Below, in pieces: positions 19,669 through 29,370 of a DNA stretch of 64,000 nt (positions are counted from its first letter, which is position 1; every line of letters begins with the position of its first letter). The stretch comes from a virus, in the IMG/VR virus record IMGVR_UViG_3300045120_000483, positions 1 to 64,000 of that record. One strand, given 5' to 3'. The notes beneath the pieces are model-generated. The model made no database searches, was not told the origin of the DNA, and saw nothing but the letters and a program-made list of their open reading frames with translations. The position numbers and the translations under genes were made by a program.

Positions 19669-19956
19669 TCAAGTCTTAGTTTCCTTCAAAACGATTTTTA
19701 GCTCCGTTTTGCAAACTCCTTCCCTAACGGCATCCTCCGACATAATGTTGTCGGTACGGATCAGCGCCTCTGACCAGAACATCAGCTTGTCGGCATCGTC
19801 CTGACAAAGGGAGAAGATCATGCGGTGGGCCTCAACATAGGCGATGCGCACGTTGGCGAAATTGATCAACACATCCTGGGGGGTCAAAGAAGTCTGTTCG
19901 ACTTCATCAATAAAAACCTTGTTTTTGTGAAAATCAACCTCAATAACTTGTCCCAT
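19669..19956 (-). CDS. Hypothetical
   Basis: ORF with SD-like AAGGGG. Confidence 0.55.
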   Translation of the reverse strand: MGQVIEVDFHKNKVFIDEVEQTSLTPQDVLINFANVRIAYVEAHRMIFSLCQDDADKLMFWSEALIRTDNIMSEDAVREGVCKTELKIVLKETKT

Positions 19957-20086
19957 CCCTTTTATGCCTCCCTGAAATGTGAGCTATATTGACCAACTTC
20001 GGAACCGGTACCATAGTCCCGGGACAACCACAAGCTTTATTAATGCCATTTTTACCCCATTTCTACCGGAGGGGGTGATTTTCCAT

Positions 20087-20117
20087 AAAAAAAGGACCGG
20101 AAAATCCGGTCCCTTTC
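20087..20117. terminator. Bidirectional terminator
   Basis: A7-GGACCGGA-aaa-TCCGGTCC-ctttc. Confidence 0.75.
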
Positions 20118-20139
20118 TCAAATCCCCAAAAACTTAAGA

Positions 20140-20409
20140 TTAAGCCACCTTGCGGAGGCGTCCCGGTCCATTCTTTACGGCCTTTGTCGTATTGAATGGG
20201 ATTGAGTCAGCAGAGGGTTGAACAGGGACTAGTCCCTCCGACCCCATTTGAGACAGGGCCTTCTTGACAGTCTCAACACCGTAGCGTTTAACTAGGTTCT
20301 TGGACTGTTCCAGTTCAGCAGCAAGTTGCTGAAGGTGAGGATTCAAAATACCGGCTTGCAACCTCTTGGTTGTCAACTTGAAGCCCGTCTTTGCAATACC
20401 TTTAGGCAT
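20140..20409 (-). CDS. Small basic protein
   Basis: SD AAGGAG; TTGACA promoter at 20491-20496. Confidence 0.65.
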   Translation of the reverse strand: MPKGIAKTGFKLTTKRLQAGILNPHLQQLAAELEQSKNLVKRYGVETVKKALSQMGSEGLVPVQPSADSIPFNTTKAVKNGPGRLRKVA

Positions 20410-20511
20410 GGTCCTTCACTCCTTCTCTCTGTCGATGACACTCATCCGTTGAACCTCCCTACAACATGTGTATAGATGAAAGGTTCCTATTGTCAAGAGA
20501 AAAAATGTAAA

Positions 20512-20751
20512 TTAGAGATATCCCTGAACCAATTGGTAAATTGCCGCCCAGGTGTGATCGTCAATTGAATCCAGGTCCGCCTTTGTCAGGACTAACTCCG
20601 AATGACTTTCGGCGGCATTATACATCGTCCATTTTACCGAATTCGGTAATGGGTCCCATAACTTAGCTTCCTGAAGCTTGCCTGGAACAAAGCCTGCATA
20701 AAAACCAGAAATATGAACGGGGACCTCAAAATTGTAATGTCTTGAACTCAT
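20512..20751 (-). CDS. Hypothetical
   Basis: ORF in operon. Confidence 0.6.
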   Translation of the reverse strand: MSSRHYNFEVPVHISGFYAGFVPGKLQEAKLWDPLPNSVKWTMYNAAESHSELVLTKADLDSIDDHTWAAIYQLVQGYL

Positions 20752-21388
20752 GAAAGATTTTCCTTACTTGGTCACGATATGTTGATGCCCGGGTGATATC
20801 AACCTGGGGCTTTTCCAGAGTATTTAGCACAATCACCATGTTGTAAGGAACCTCTATCTGGTAGAGTTCTTCAATCATCATACCATATGTAGTGGCTTGC
20901 AGTCTGTATTTGAGCCATCTATCATCCCCCGGCTTAAGTTTGGCCCGGGCCGTCTTGTAGTCCGTCACGGCATTAAATTTGGAGTTCCAGCGGGCAAAAA
21001 GATCGGCAGTTCCGGCCGTTTCCAGAGTTGCAGAATACAGGGGTAGCTCTATTCCATAAACCGTCAGATCAGCCCTTTCAAAAATCGGTTTGGCCTTATG
21101 GAATAAAGCATAATTGATGGCATCGACTTTTTTAAGGGACTGTCCTTCTAGGTAGTCCTCAAACATTTTATGGACGGCCGTACCTCTGGTTCGGGCGGAT
21201 TGTGATATTTGACCGGCCTCATCCTCCCCAATGTCAGCAATCCATTGATCTAGCTTCTTACTGGATAGCATCCGACCCAGAACAGTTGTGACAGACGGGA
21301 ACTTTCCGGATGGAGTATCATAGACCCGACCCCCCTTAGTCAGGACAGCCGGAAGAGGAACGAACGGCAATCGTTCATGAGTGATCAC
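20726..21388 (-). CDS. PD-(D/E)XK exonuclease
   Basis: PSVTTVL, RGTAVH, AGTAD..DYKT, Q..Y motifs. Confidence 0.85.
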   Translation of the reverse strand: MITHERLPFVPLPAVLTKGGRVYDTPSGKFPSVTTVLGRMLSSKKLDQWIADIGEDEAGQISQSARTRGTAVHKMFEDYLEGQSLKKVDAINYALFHKAKPIFERADLTVYGIELPLYSATLETAGTADLFARWNSKFNAVTDYKTARAKLKPGDDRWLKYRLQATTYGMMIEELYQIEVPYNMVIVLNTLEKPQVDITRASTYRDQVRKIFHEFKTLQF

Positions 21389-21627
21389 ACTTCCCCCAGG
21401 CCGGGTATATTCATGCCACTTCCCGGGTTGGCCTTCTTGATGGATTTTAGTTTGTTAACAAAATGATTATCAGGCTTGATCGAATAAACATTGTATCCCG
21501 GGATGGGCGCGCCGCACGCAATCTCCCATGCCGGGTTATCCTTTTCCCATTGGATCGATTCAGAGATAGACATTGTTAGGGTCTTCTCTTTCTTGGTTTT
21601 CAAATTTCGTACTGTATATGTTGGCAT
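21385..21627 (-). CDS. FmdB-like small protein (Cys ligands largely lost)
   Basis: MPTYTVRN..KPD..F..KL..IKK..PGS. Confidence 0.6.
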   Translation of the reverse strand: MPTYTVRNLKTKKEKTLTMSISESIQWEKDNPAWEIACGAPIPGYNVYSIKPDNHFVNKLKSIKKANPGSGMNIPGLGEV

Positions 21628-21759
21628 TAGAATATTGTTACCTCTATCTCTTCTACTTCCGGCCATTCGTTCGCAATCATTTCTTTAATTGCAATCTTGG
21701 TCAGGCTTTCTTCTAAATCGGTGAAATTTTCCACCATCAACGAATTAAACAACTCCCGA

Positions 21760-21924
21760 CTAAACCGCATTTCCAGGCTCTTCATCGGGCTCCTTTTTCT
21801 TTTCCTCTAGGACGGCATGTTTGACGTGAATCTTCTCATGTCGCTTGCGACGAAGTTCCCCCAGGCGGCGGCGTTCCGCCACGTCATCAATATCGTCATC
21901 CCGGTGTTTAAAGCTTTTGCTCAT
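21760..21924 (-). CDS. Small charged protein (54 aa, not in ORF track)
   Basis: Hand translation MSKSFKHRDDDIDD..; fills gap in operon. Confidence 0.5.
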   Translation of the reverse strand: MSKSFKHRDDDIDDVAERRRLGELRRKRHEKIHVKHAVLEEKKKEPDEEPGNAV

Positions 21925-22711
21925 TTGCTATTTTTCTGGCTGATTTCTCTAACAGCTTTTTCTCTTTTCGGGCCCTTGCCTTGGCGGCATTCGTCTCCCG
22001 TCCCTTTGCCAAAGCCGCCAAAGATGCAGCGGAGACAGGTTTCTTTTCCTTAGGTACCTTAAGGACCGGGGCGACATTTTTCGGGGTATCGAAGGGTATA
22101 TCCGGAATATTATAATTTTTTTCAGTCATAATATCTTTAACGGGAGCCGGTTTGTCATCATTTGTCATCGGAGGGGGATTTAAAGGATGAACAACCTCCG
22201 AAGGAACGACTGTTGATACCTTCTTTTTATACTTATCCAGAGCCCCTACGGAAGGCACTGAGGCCTTTTGGGGCCGGGGAGCTATCGGAACCTCTATTAG
22301 GCCCGGAAACGCTTCCTGGACAATCTCTAGGGTCAGGCCGTAGTCCTTTTCTAGCCTCTGGTCCTTAACAGAAATGACAAATTTAGCATCTTCCCCATCC
22401 AGGGACTCCAAAAATTGCACAAATTTAATCTCACGCCGAAGCTGGTCCATCTCCGGGGCATTCTGGCCCTCCAGGAAAATATACAAAAGACGGGCATTGC
22501 TATATAGCATTCCCTCAACATTGGCATTGGTAGGAGCGGGCTTATAGGGAATGAAAACATCCCGGGGAAGCAACCACTGAGGGCGGGCGTCGAATGCCAA
22601 CTGTAGCAACTTGACTAAGGGAATGCTGTGATGCTTTTGAAGATAAGGGACCCGTTCCGGACCCGGTAGTCTCATGGCATTACGAACGATTTCAGATATT
22701 CCTAATTGCAT
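21908..22711 (-). CDS. Conserved T4-like phage protein with basic tail
   Basis: LLP..PYKP..LY.F..G..RREIKFVQFLESL...DA.....KD pattern. Confidence 0.65.
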   Translation of the reverse strand: MQLGISEIVRNAMRLPGPERVPYLQKHHSIPLVKLLQLAFDARPQWLLPRDVFIPYKPAPTNANVEGMLYSNARLLYIFLEGQNAPEMDQLRREIKFVQFLESLDGEDAKFVISVKDQRLEKDYGLTLEIVQEAFPGLIEVPIAPRPQKASVPSVGALDKYKKKVSTVVPSEVVHPLNPPPMTNDDKPAPVKDIMTEKNYNIPDIPFDTPKNVAPVLKVPKEKKPVSAASLAALAKGRETNAAKARARKEKKLLEKSARKIANEQKL

Positions 22712-23070
22712 TATTCTTCAACTTTCTTGAATGTAATTTTACCATTTTCCCCTTCTTCGAAAAACTCAGAGGCTAACTGTTGAAAGGGATGTTTCATTTC
22801 AAACCGTTTCATAATCATAGACTTTAAAGCTTCCCCGTAGAAGCTCTCTTCTTTGTTGATCGCCGGACACCGAACATGATGCCGCTCCAATATTTCAACA
22901 GCAGAAGTCAGAACCTCTGTCAGAATGTTATCGACCCGGGCCCCTTTATCCAATTCAATCTTGGGACTTAGGTCTGATAGCTTTGGAAGTTTTCCGACCC
23001 TCTTGGGGTATTTAATGCGGGCTTTCGGAAAAATGATAACATTTCCAACTTTTTCAACTCTATTTGTCAT
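22711..23070 (-). CDS. Hypothetical
   Basis: Coupled ORF with NVIIFP motif. Confidence 0.6.
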   Translation of the reverse strand: MTNRVEKVGNVIIFPKARIKYPKRVGKLPKLSDLSPKIELDKGARVDNILTEVLTSAVEILERHHVRCPAINKEESFYGEALKSMIMKRFEMKHPFQQLASEFFEEGENGKITFKKVEE

Positions 23071-24071
23071 TAGTAATTATACACGAATTCTGAGTTCGGT
23101 ATACCCTTGCTTTCATTAGAGGACAGGACGGAACGGAGGAAGGCTTCCCACTGCATGGCCCGGGAATTCCAATTGTACATCGAATCAGCATAATTTTTTT
23201 GGACTTGGATTTTAGCCTTCAAAGCATCATTGGTTGATAAATTGGTAATGATGTCCTTTAGGATTATATACAACATTTTCGCATGTTCATTCAGGTCTTC
23301 ATGAAAATGATACATATGGGTCCAATTAGATGCCGTCTCAAAAAGGGCCCCATAATTGGGATGAATACAAACCAGACCGGCGCTCATCGCTTCCATTAGA
23401 CAAAGACAAGACGTTTCTGGCCAAATGGAGGGGTAAGCAAAGATATGAGATTGCGAAAGAGCATTTCGAACCAGGGCCTGATCGACAGAACCATGATTAG
23501 TGATTTTGGGATTTTTGGCTGCTTGATCAAACAATTCCTTAAAATGGGCATCCCGCTCTTCCCATCCATACAAACGGAAAGACGAAAATATATCAAGAGT
23601 GATATTATCAAATTCTTGGGATAAGCGATCAAACACCGGCACAAGAAGATTTAGCCCCCTATGCGGAGTCGTATGATAGATGATCCGGATAGGACCGCTA
23701 TCGAACCTGTTGATATCAGAGGTCAGGGGCTCAATGGAATTAAGAATGACAACTACCCTAGACCAAGGAATATCATATTTCTCAATGAATCTTTGAGCTT
23801 GCCAGTTACTCACAAAGACAATTCTGTGAAAATTACGCCACCCCCGGTGAGCAAGATGCTGAACGGCGGGGTCCTCTGGCAAATCATGACAGTATAGGAT
23901 TCTATACTTATCCGGCTTAAGCTCCCCTACTCTAGTCGGGATAATCTGAAATTGTTCCAGAATGTCCCGGGGCACTTTACCATCGTAAAGCCGCCGCATA
24001 AGAAGCTCTGTACCCCCCATCGCATTCTTGGCAATTTCGGGGGTTTCGATCAAATCGTAATTATCTGTCAT
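23070..24071 (-). CDS. GT-B (GT4-like) glycosyltransferase
   Basis: GGTE, YPSIWPETSCLCLMEAMSAG (E-x7-E). Confidence 0.85.
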   Translation of the reverse strand: MTDNYDLIETPEIAKNAMGGTELLMRRLYDGKVPRDILEQFQIIPTRVGELKPDKYRILYCHDLPEDPAVQHLAHRGWRNFHRIVFVSNWQAQRFIEKYDIPWSRVVVILNSIEPLTSDINRFDSGPIRIIYHTTPHRGLNLLVPVFDRLSQEFDNITLDIFSSFRLYGWEERDAHFKELFDQAAKNPKITNHGSVDQALVRNALSQSHIFAYPSIWPETSCLCLMEAMSAGLVCIHPNYGALFETASNWTHMYHFHEDLNEHAKMLYIILKDIITNLSTNDALKAKIQVQKNYADSMYNWNSRAMQWEAFLRSVLSSNESKGIPNSEFVYNY

Positions 24072-24247
24072 ATAACATATTCCTTACCCTTATCAGTTAA
24101 GTGCCACGTCCATGGATATTCTGTCTCACGATATACCAAACCTTTATGTTTCAGCCTCACACGTTGTTTCTCTGAAGTCATATCATAAGGAGGAAGCCCC
24201 GCCTGAATCTCATTCAATTCAGAAATTTCAGAAAGGGTTGGTTTCAT
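24068..24247 (-). CDS. Small winged-helix-like protein (59 aa, not in ORF track)
   Basis: Hand translation ..LKHKGLV..WHLTDKGKEYV; overlap-coupled at both ends. Confidence 0.55.
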   Translation of the reverse strand: MKPTLSEISELNEIQAGLPPYDMTSEKQRVRLKHKGLVYRETEYPWTWHLTDKGKEYVI

Positions 24248-24429
24248 ATCGGATAGCCCAGAGCATAGTTTTCCGCTACATTCTCAGCGGCAAATTCATT
24301 GTTATAAGGTCCAGACATATCCCATTCTTCCAGACCATCAACGTAGCATTCAACATAGTATTGTTTCTTGACTTCATCAAATAGGACGCGGGACTTCTCC
24401 AGGTCCTGAAATTCACTCAGGATTTTCAT
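24244..24429 (-). CDS. Hypothetical
   Basis: Coupled ORF. Confidence 0.6.
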   Translation of the reverse strand: MKILSEFQDLEKSRVLFDEVKKQYYVECYVDGLEEWDMSGPYNNEFAAENVAENYALGYPI

Positions 24430-24683
24430 GATATCTCCGTAATGTAATAGCCGCTAGGATCGTAAGCCTCACTTCCGGCTTTAGCAAACCGTTTAGACAA
24501 TTGTCCTTTGGTAATGTCATCCACTCCGGAAATTCGCTCATCCGACTTTTGGTATTCCAAAGGAGGACACATCTTTTTGGATGAGATCAGGTCTTGTGCT
24601 CTCCCATTCGGGGGTCCTTCACTCTGGACGACATAGATTCGACGTTCGACCACAATGGTTTCAACCAGATAGAATTTCTTCAT
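24426..24683 (-). CDS. Hypothetical
   Basis: Coupled ORF. Confidence 0.6.
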   Translation of the reverse strand: MKKFYLVETIVVERRIYVVQSEGPPNGRAQDLISSKKMCPPLEYQKSDERISGVDDITKGQLSKRFAKAGSEAYDPSGYYITEIS

Positions 24684-24919
24684 GGAGTGTACATCGCCTG
24701 TACTGATGTGATTTCTTCAAGTTTGATATCAAGAAAACGTTGGGCATCCATATCCCAGATATTCAACATCGTTTGATCTTCAATTGGAGCCCACTTTTCC
24801 CTGAGATATCCCTGTGCCAAAGTCGCTCTTATTCTCCAATGTTTACCTTCGTGAAGCACAATAATTTCAGCCACACAAGATTTCAGGTCTGTGATCAATT
24901 GGCGGCGATCTACCATCAT
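24680..24919 (-). CDS. SH3/WYL_2-like small protein
   Basis: R.RATL....IWD.D....I....I.SV pattern. Confidence 0.5.
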   Translation of the reverse strand: MMVDRRQLITDLKSCVAEIIVLHEGKHWRIRATLAQGYLREKWAPIEDQTMLNIWDMDAQRFLDIKLEEITSVQAMYTP

Positions 24920-24956
24920 CGGAGGACTCCTGGCACCATCATTGCAATCGTCATAA

Positions 24957-25184
24957 TCAGGCCTTTTCGGTTAGGATTTGAATTTCAAGAGGGGAGCGAA
25001 CTTGACGACCGTCCACTAGGACAACCGGAAAGGTCCGGGCCGTTGGAAACTTCGCCTTCATATCTTCCAGAGATATATCCTCCGGACATCGGATTTCCAT
25101 AAATGTCAGTTGTCGTTCGTTCAGTTGTCGCTTCGCTACGTCACAAGCCCCACAACCATTTTTTGTATAAACCTGGATCAGCAT
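24957..25184 (-). CDS. nrdC: Glutaredoxin
   Basis: YTKNGCGAC (CxxC), RTFPVVLVDG. Confidence 0.88.
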   Translation of the reverse strand: MLIQVYTKNGCGACDVAKRQLNERQLTFMEIRCPEDISLEDMKAKFPTARTFPVVLVDGRQVRSPLEIQILTEKA

Positions 25185-25512
25185 GATTTTCCTTTATTTC
25201 ATTCCCATTCCGGTACGTAGAGCCCGGGAAAGGGATTCCAAGATGTCGGCGGCCATTAGCAGATGGGGTCTTCTATTTAGAGCGGAAGTTTTAGCTTCCG
25301 TCCGTTTGGCCTTGGCTTCTTCATTTAATTTTAAGGCGACTTTATACCAGTTCATTTCTTACTCTTTCTAGGACAATCCTCATGAGGACAATCGGGTCCT
25401 TCACACCCAAGACCATAAGAACAAGCATAAGTGTTGATTATCTTTTTAGGTTCTGTAGGACCACCGCCATATCTCCAGATAATATCATTTGCAGTTAATT
25501 TTTCTGTAGGTC

Positions 25513-26280
25513 TCATTTTGTAAAAATCTCCGGTTGATCATCTGTCACCCCTATCGTTTCTTCCCATTGTGCTGAATACGAACCATCTTGGCTCATCACC
25601 GCCCATCCGTCTTCAAACAAGAAAGATTCTTTTTTACCTAAAGTCAGCATCGGCTCCACAGTAAATGTCATTCCGGGTTCTAATACAACATCAGGTACCC
25701 TTGGATCAAAATAATGAGGGACCTGTGGTTCCTGATGCATGACCCGCCCGATACCATGCCCGGTATATTCCTCTACAACCGACATTCCCTGAGAATGGAC
25801 ATAAGTCTCAATAGCCCGGGAAATATCACTAACTCTGTTTCCCGGAAGGGCGTAGGCAATGCCCCTCATCATAGCTTCATGAGTTACTGACATCAGTTGG
25901 TGGGCCCTATGATCCTTAAGGTCGAAACCAGAACAATCCTCTGAACCAACATAGAATGTCCGGCAGGCGTCCCCATGCCAACCCGCTTTATTAAAGGTCA
26001 CATCGACTTTAACAATATCCCCCTCTTCCAGAATAGCATTATGACAGGGGATACCATGACAAATCACTTCATTAACGGATGTACAACACCATCCGGGAAA
26101 CCCTCTATAACCATGCTGGGAATTTTTTAACTGATGATCGGCCTGAAATCCCCGAACCAGATATTCAATATCCTTGGTAGTAATCCCGGGTTTGATAATA
26201 GCCTCAACCCTTCTCAGGCACTCCGCGACTAATCCCCCGATCAGACGCATTCCCTCAAATTTATGATCCCATTCGTTCAT
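25513..26280 (-). CDS. map: Methionine aminopeptidase type I
   Basis: CTSVNEVICHGIP, KVDV, HGD, TGHGIG..HQEP, TVEP, QWE metal-ligand motifs. Confidence 0.93.
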   Translation of the reverse strand: MNEWDHKFEGMRLIGGLVAECLRRVEAIIKPGITTKDIEYLVRGFQADHQLKNSQHGYRGFPGWCCTSVNEVICHGIPCHNAILEEGDIVKVDVTFNKAGWHGDACRTFYVGSEDCSGFDLKDHRAHQLMSVTHEAMMRGIAYALPGNRVSDISRAIETYVHSQGMSVVEEYTGHGIGRVMHQEPQVPHYFDPRVPDVVLEPGMTFTVEPMLTLGKKESFLFEDGWAVMSQDGSYSAQWEETIGVTDDQPEIFTK

Positions 26281-26657
26281 TTATTAGTCTCAAAAACCAC
26301 TACAGGAGAAGAGACTTCGGAACCCGGACAATAGGGAAATGTAATTGGGGGGCGACCTTCTACATCAATATCATAGGCTGGTCCATCTTTTGTCGCCTTA
26401 AAAACCGTACTGCAACGCAGATTTTGAGCATACATCCCGTCGCAGTCATGAATGAACCATTCAGAATCTTCCCCCGTAAGAGGACCCAACGGCTTTCCCG
26501 CTATCAGCCTTTGTAAGGCCGGGGCAACAAAAGACACCGCCCCTCCACTGTCCCATTGATCAAAAAACTTCTCCAAAATCTCAATCATGACCCGAACATC
26601 TTCTTCTTCCCATTTAGACGCAGCTAGTTCCGCCTTTGCTTGATCAATAATACTCAC
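26277..26657 (-). CDS. Conserved phage hypothetical
   Basis: SGG..PLTGEDSEW..QN.RCSTVFK. Confidence 0.65.
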   Translation of the reverse strand: MSIIDQAKAELAASKWEEEDVRVMIEILEKFFDQWDSGGAVSFVAPALQRLIAGKPLGPLTGEDSEWFIHDCDGMYAQNLRCSTVFKATKDGPAYDIDVEGRPPITFPYCPGSEVSSPVVVFETNK

Positions 26658-26987
26658 TTAAACCGCCCTCCATTTCTTTTTCTTAAACCGCTTCATCCTT
26701 TGACGACTCCGGTCAAACCATTTATCCAGAAAGAGCTTACCTTCCTCTGAGATAAGGAAACCGTCTCCCACCGGCCGCACCAGACGTAAGGGAGCTAGTT
26801 TTGCCATGGAGAGGGGAGAACCCTTATCCACCATTCCCTTGCGGCCCGACGCCTCACAATAGAAGAGGTTCAATAGGTCCATCTCTGATACCGGACAATT
26901 TTCGACGGGTGTCGTGTCCAGTTCATCTTCATCATCGACGGCATTCTGATGCATTTCCAACATTTCCTTCAAGACAGTTCTAGACAT
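26658..26987 (-). CDS. Winged-helix-like hypothetical
   Basis: L..LV....F.ISEEG. Confidence 0.5.
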   Translation of the reverse strand: MSRTVLKEMLEMHQNAVDDEDELDTTPVENCPVSEMDLLNLFYCEASGRKGMVDKGSPLSMAKLAPLRLVRPVGDGFLISEEGKLFLDKWFDRSRQRMKRFKKKKWRAV

Positions 26988-27604
26988 ACTCTTTTTCCTT
27001 CACAGGTGTAGGATTTAGTAATTTAGTGAAAACATCAATATTGGTGGGTTTGACTGGTTTGAATCTTGTAGAAAAGAATGAGACTTCCCCAAACCCATCA
27101 GTATACTGTCTTTGTTCATTAACAATTTCTTCTAGTAAGAAGGAACATCTGTTTTCTGAATGATGTATTTTGATACGACGAATAGTATAAACACCATCTA
27201 TAACAGGTTGAATCTCATTTTCGAAAGGTAACCGTTCGGGACCCTCAATACAGACAACCTGCTTTTTAACTGCAAATTCAATGCTCATATTCCAGTTCCT
27301 TTTTCTTCTCTTTCTCTTTCGTTGGGGAGGGATTCAGAATTTCGGTGAAAACATCGATATTGGTGAGTTTGACTGGTTTAAATCTTGAAGCATTAAATGA
27401 AATTTCACCAAAGGAGTCACAATACTGATAAGGTTTATTGACAATTTCTTCAAGGAAGAGACCGATCTCTCCATCCGGATGGACCTCTATTGAACGAATC
27501 GTATAGATAGTATTTAAGATGGGAAGGATTTCCCAAGGAAATCTTTTTCCATGTTCAGCATTAATGCAAACAACCTGCTTTTTAACCTCAAATTCAATGC
27601 TCAT
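26980..27604 (-). repeat. Tandem gene duplication (CDS 26980-27288 and 27278-27604)
   Basis: MSIEF.VKKQVVCI..LEEIVN..FGE.SF..RFKPVK.TNIDVFT in both. Confidence 0.85.
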
Positions 27605-28311
27605 AGCTCTATCACCTTTACTTCATAATCAGAATCACACCAATAAATTTCTTCGGGGTAACCTAATTGGTTGGCGATCACCCGACAGTCCCCAATCATG
27701 TAATCCACCGGATTATGTGTGTGCCCATGAAACCAGTATTTGATATTCGGATTGGCCCGAATGAAATTATCTTCATTAGAGACAAAACTGTAATTAATCA
27801 TCCCGGCTGCTTTATATTGCTCCGCTACCGACAGAAAAGAAGGAGCATGATGGGTCACAACGATATCAGGCTTTTCCTTCGAAATTACATCCAGATTGGC
27901 CTTATGAATTTCTTTCATTCGCTCTACTAAGGCAACTGACCCCGGCTTGATTTGAAAATTATCCACTATCTGATGCCGAAAAGCCATTTCAGCGGCGGGG
28001 TCTCCGGAGTTGAAGTCCGTCCAAAAGGTACACCCCAACAGCTTCATCCCATTGGGGAGGACCATGATTTGGATACCGTCCTGGATCATTTGACCCCCAT
28101 AGAAATCATGGTTTCCCAGAACCTCAAAATAGAATTGTTTTCCTTCTCTTAACTGGGAAGAGAAGTAACCCCGCATCGACAGATTGGGGTGTGTATCCCC
28201 GGCATTGATCAGTAAATCACATTCCGTCTTTTGAATCTTCTCTAGAACCGAAACGGCAGCTTCGGCCTTCCTAAATTCCATATGTAAATCGCTGCAAATT
28301 CCAATTTTCAT
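27601..28311 (-). CDS. Calcineurin-like metallophosphoesterase
   Basis: SDLH, AGD, GNHD, THHAP, HGHTH. Confidence 0.9.
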   Translation of the reverse strand: MKIGICSDLHMEFRKAEAAVSVLEKIQKTECDLLINAGDTHPNLSMRGYFSSQLREGKQFYFEVLGNHDFYGGQMIQDGIQIMVLPNGMKLLGCTFWTDFNSGDPAAEMAFRHQIVDNFQIKPGSVALVERMKEIHKANLDVISKEKPDIVVTHHAPSFLSVAEQYKAAGMINYSFVSNEDNFIRANPNIKYWFHGHTHNPVDYMIGDCRVIANQLGYPEEIYWCDSDYEVKVIEL

Positions 28312-28316
28312 AATAA

Positions 28317-28355
28317 ATATTACCCGTTTTCCTAAATGTTGTCAAGAGATAAATA
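28317..28355. promoter_or_regulatory. Back-to-back sigma70 (-) and late (+) promoters
   Basis: (-) TTGACA-17-TAATAT; (+) GATAAATA at 28348-28355. Confidence 0.65.
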
Positions 28356-28390
28356 GTAGCAAAAGTCGGTAAAAAAATAGGATTTTAGCC

Positions 28391-29305
28391 ATGGCACAGT
28401 ATAAATTTGAGACTCTTGAAAAGGACTACAATAAAAAGTGGGGGTCTATGGTCGTAACCAAGACCAAGGCCGCCAGGGCTCAAGCCGAAAAGATTATTTA
28501 TTACAAGGCCCGGTACAAGAAAGTCGAAAAAGCGACCGGAGTACCCTGGTTTGTAGTGGGTTGTATGCACCAAAGGGAATCCAGTGGAAACTTCAACACA
28601 TGGCTACATAATGGGGACCCAATGCAACGGGGTGGGGTTCCGGTTCGAACTGTCCAGGTCCCGAAGGGACGGCCGCCAAATCCCGACTGTACCTGGGAAG
28701 AGGGGGCCTATGATGCCCTGGTATCTGTAGAGCATCTTAATTCTGTTAAAGTGTGGAACGCCGCCAGAGTTGCCTATGCTCTGGAGCTATTCAATGGTTT
28801 TGGTTATCGTCATCCTTCCCGGGATATTCCATCGCCTTATCTTTGGGGTGGTACCAACATCCAAGAACTGGGTAAATTTGTAAAAGACGGCGTTTACGAC
28901 GCCAATACAATGGACACCCAGATTGGTGGTATGGCAGTTCTTAAACTGATTATGGACCTGGATTCTGATGCCCGATTTGAAGTTGAAAATGCCCCTCCTA
29001 TTGAGGTTCCGGTAGACCCTCCTGTTCCTACCCTTCCTAAGCCGGATGTCATAATCCCTGACAAACCTTCTCCGAAGGCCGAAGATACCGAAAAGAACAT
29101 CCCCCCTCTTACTCATTCCAAGTCTATCTGGGGTGGTATTCTAACGGCCTTTACGGCTGTTGCGGGAGCTATCGGGCAGGCCAATCCATGGGTTGTTCTG
29201 ATCCTTGTTGTCGCAGCGGGAGCCGGTCTATTCTTTGTACTAAAGGGCCGAAAGGATGCTCAAGATATTATCAAGCATCTAAGCGACGACGATAGCGGAG
29301 AATAA
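28391..29305 (+). CDS. Endolysin (lysozyme-like) with Pro linker and C-terminal TM helices
   Basis: HQRESS, LHNGDP, FNGFGY, SPYLWGGT, GKFVKDG; late promoter upstream. Confidence 0.8.
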   Translation: MAQYKFETLEKDYNKKWGSMVVTKTKAARAQAEKIIYYKARYKKVEKATGVPWFVVGCMHQRESSGNFNTWLHNGDPMQRGGVPVRTVQVPKGRPPNPDCTWEEGAYDALVSVEHLNSVKVWNAARVAYALELFNGFGYRHPSRDIPSPYLWGGTNIQELGKFVKDGVYDANTMDTQIGGMAVLKLIMDLDSDARFEVENAPPIEVPVDPPVPTLPKPDVIIPDKPSPKAEDTEKNIPPLTHSKSIWGGILTAFTAVAGAIGQANPWVVLILVVAAGAGLFFVLKGRKDAQDIIKHLSDDDSGE

Positions 29306-29325
29306 AGGTTTTAATGTTCACTCTC

Positions 29326-29356
29326 ATGGACACTATTGACCCTAGTGTCCATTTTT
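29326..29356 (+). terminator. Terminator after endolysin
   Basis: ATGGACACTA-ttgaccc-TAGTGTCCAT followed by T run. Confidence 0.7.
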
Positions 29357-29370
29357 ATGGGCATTAATCC

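Noticed and set aside
18664-19701. 345-aa + strand ORF
   Set aside because: Antisense shadow of the GC-rich DUF932-like gene; no motifs. The same applies to most overlapping antisense ORFs in the track
19957-20086. Possible ncRNA or tRNA in an intergenic gap
   Set aside because: No cloverleaf or convincing stem apart from the adjacent terminator
20726-21388. Cas4 as part of a CRISPR system
   Set aside because: No Fe-S Cys cluster, array or other cas genes; ordinary phage exonuclease
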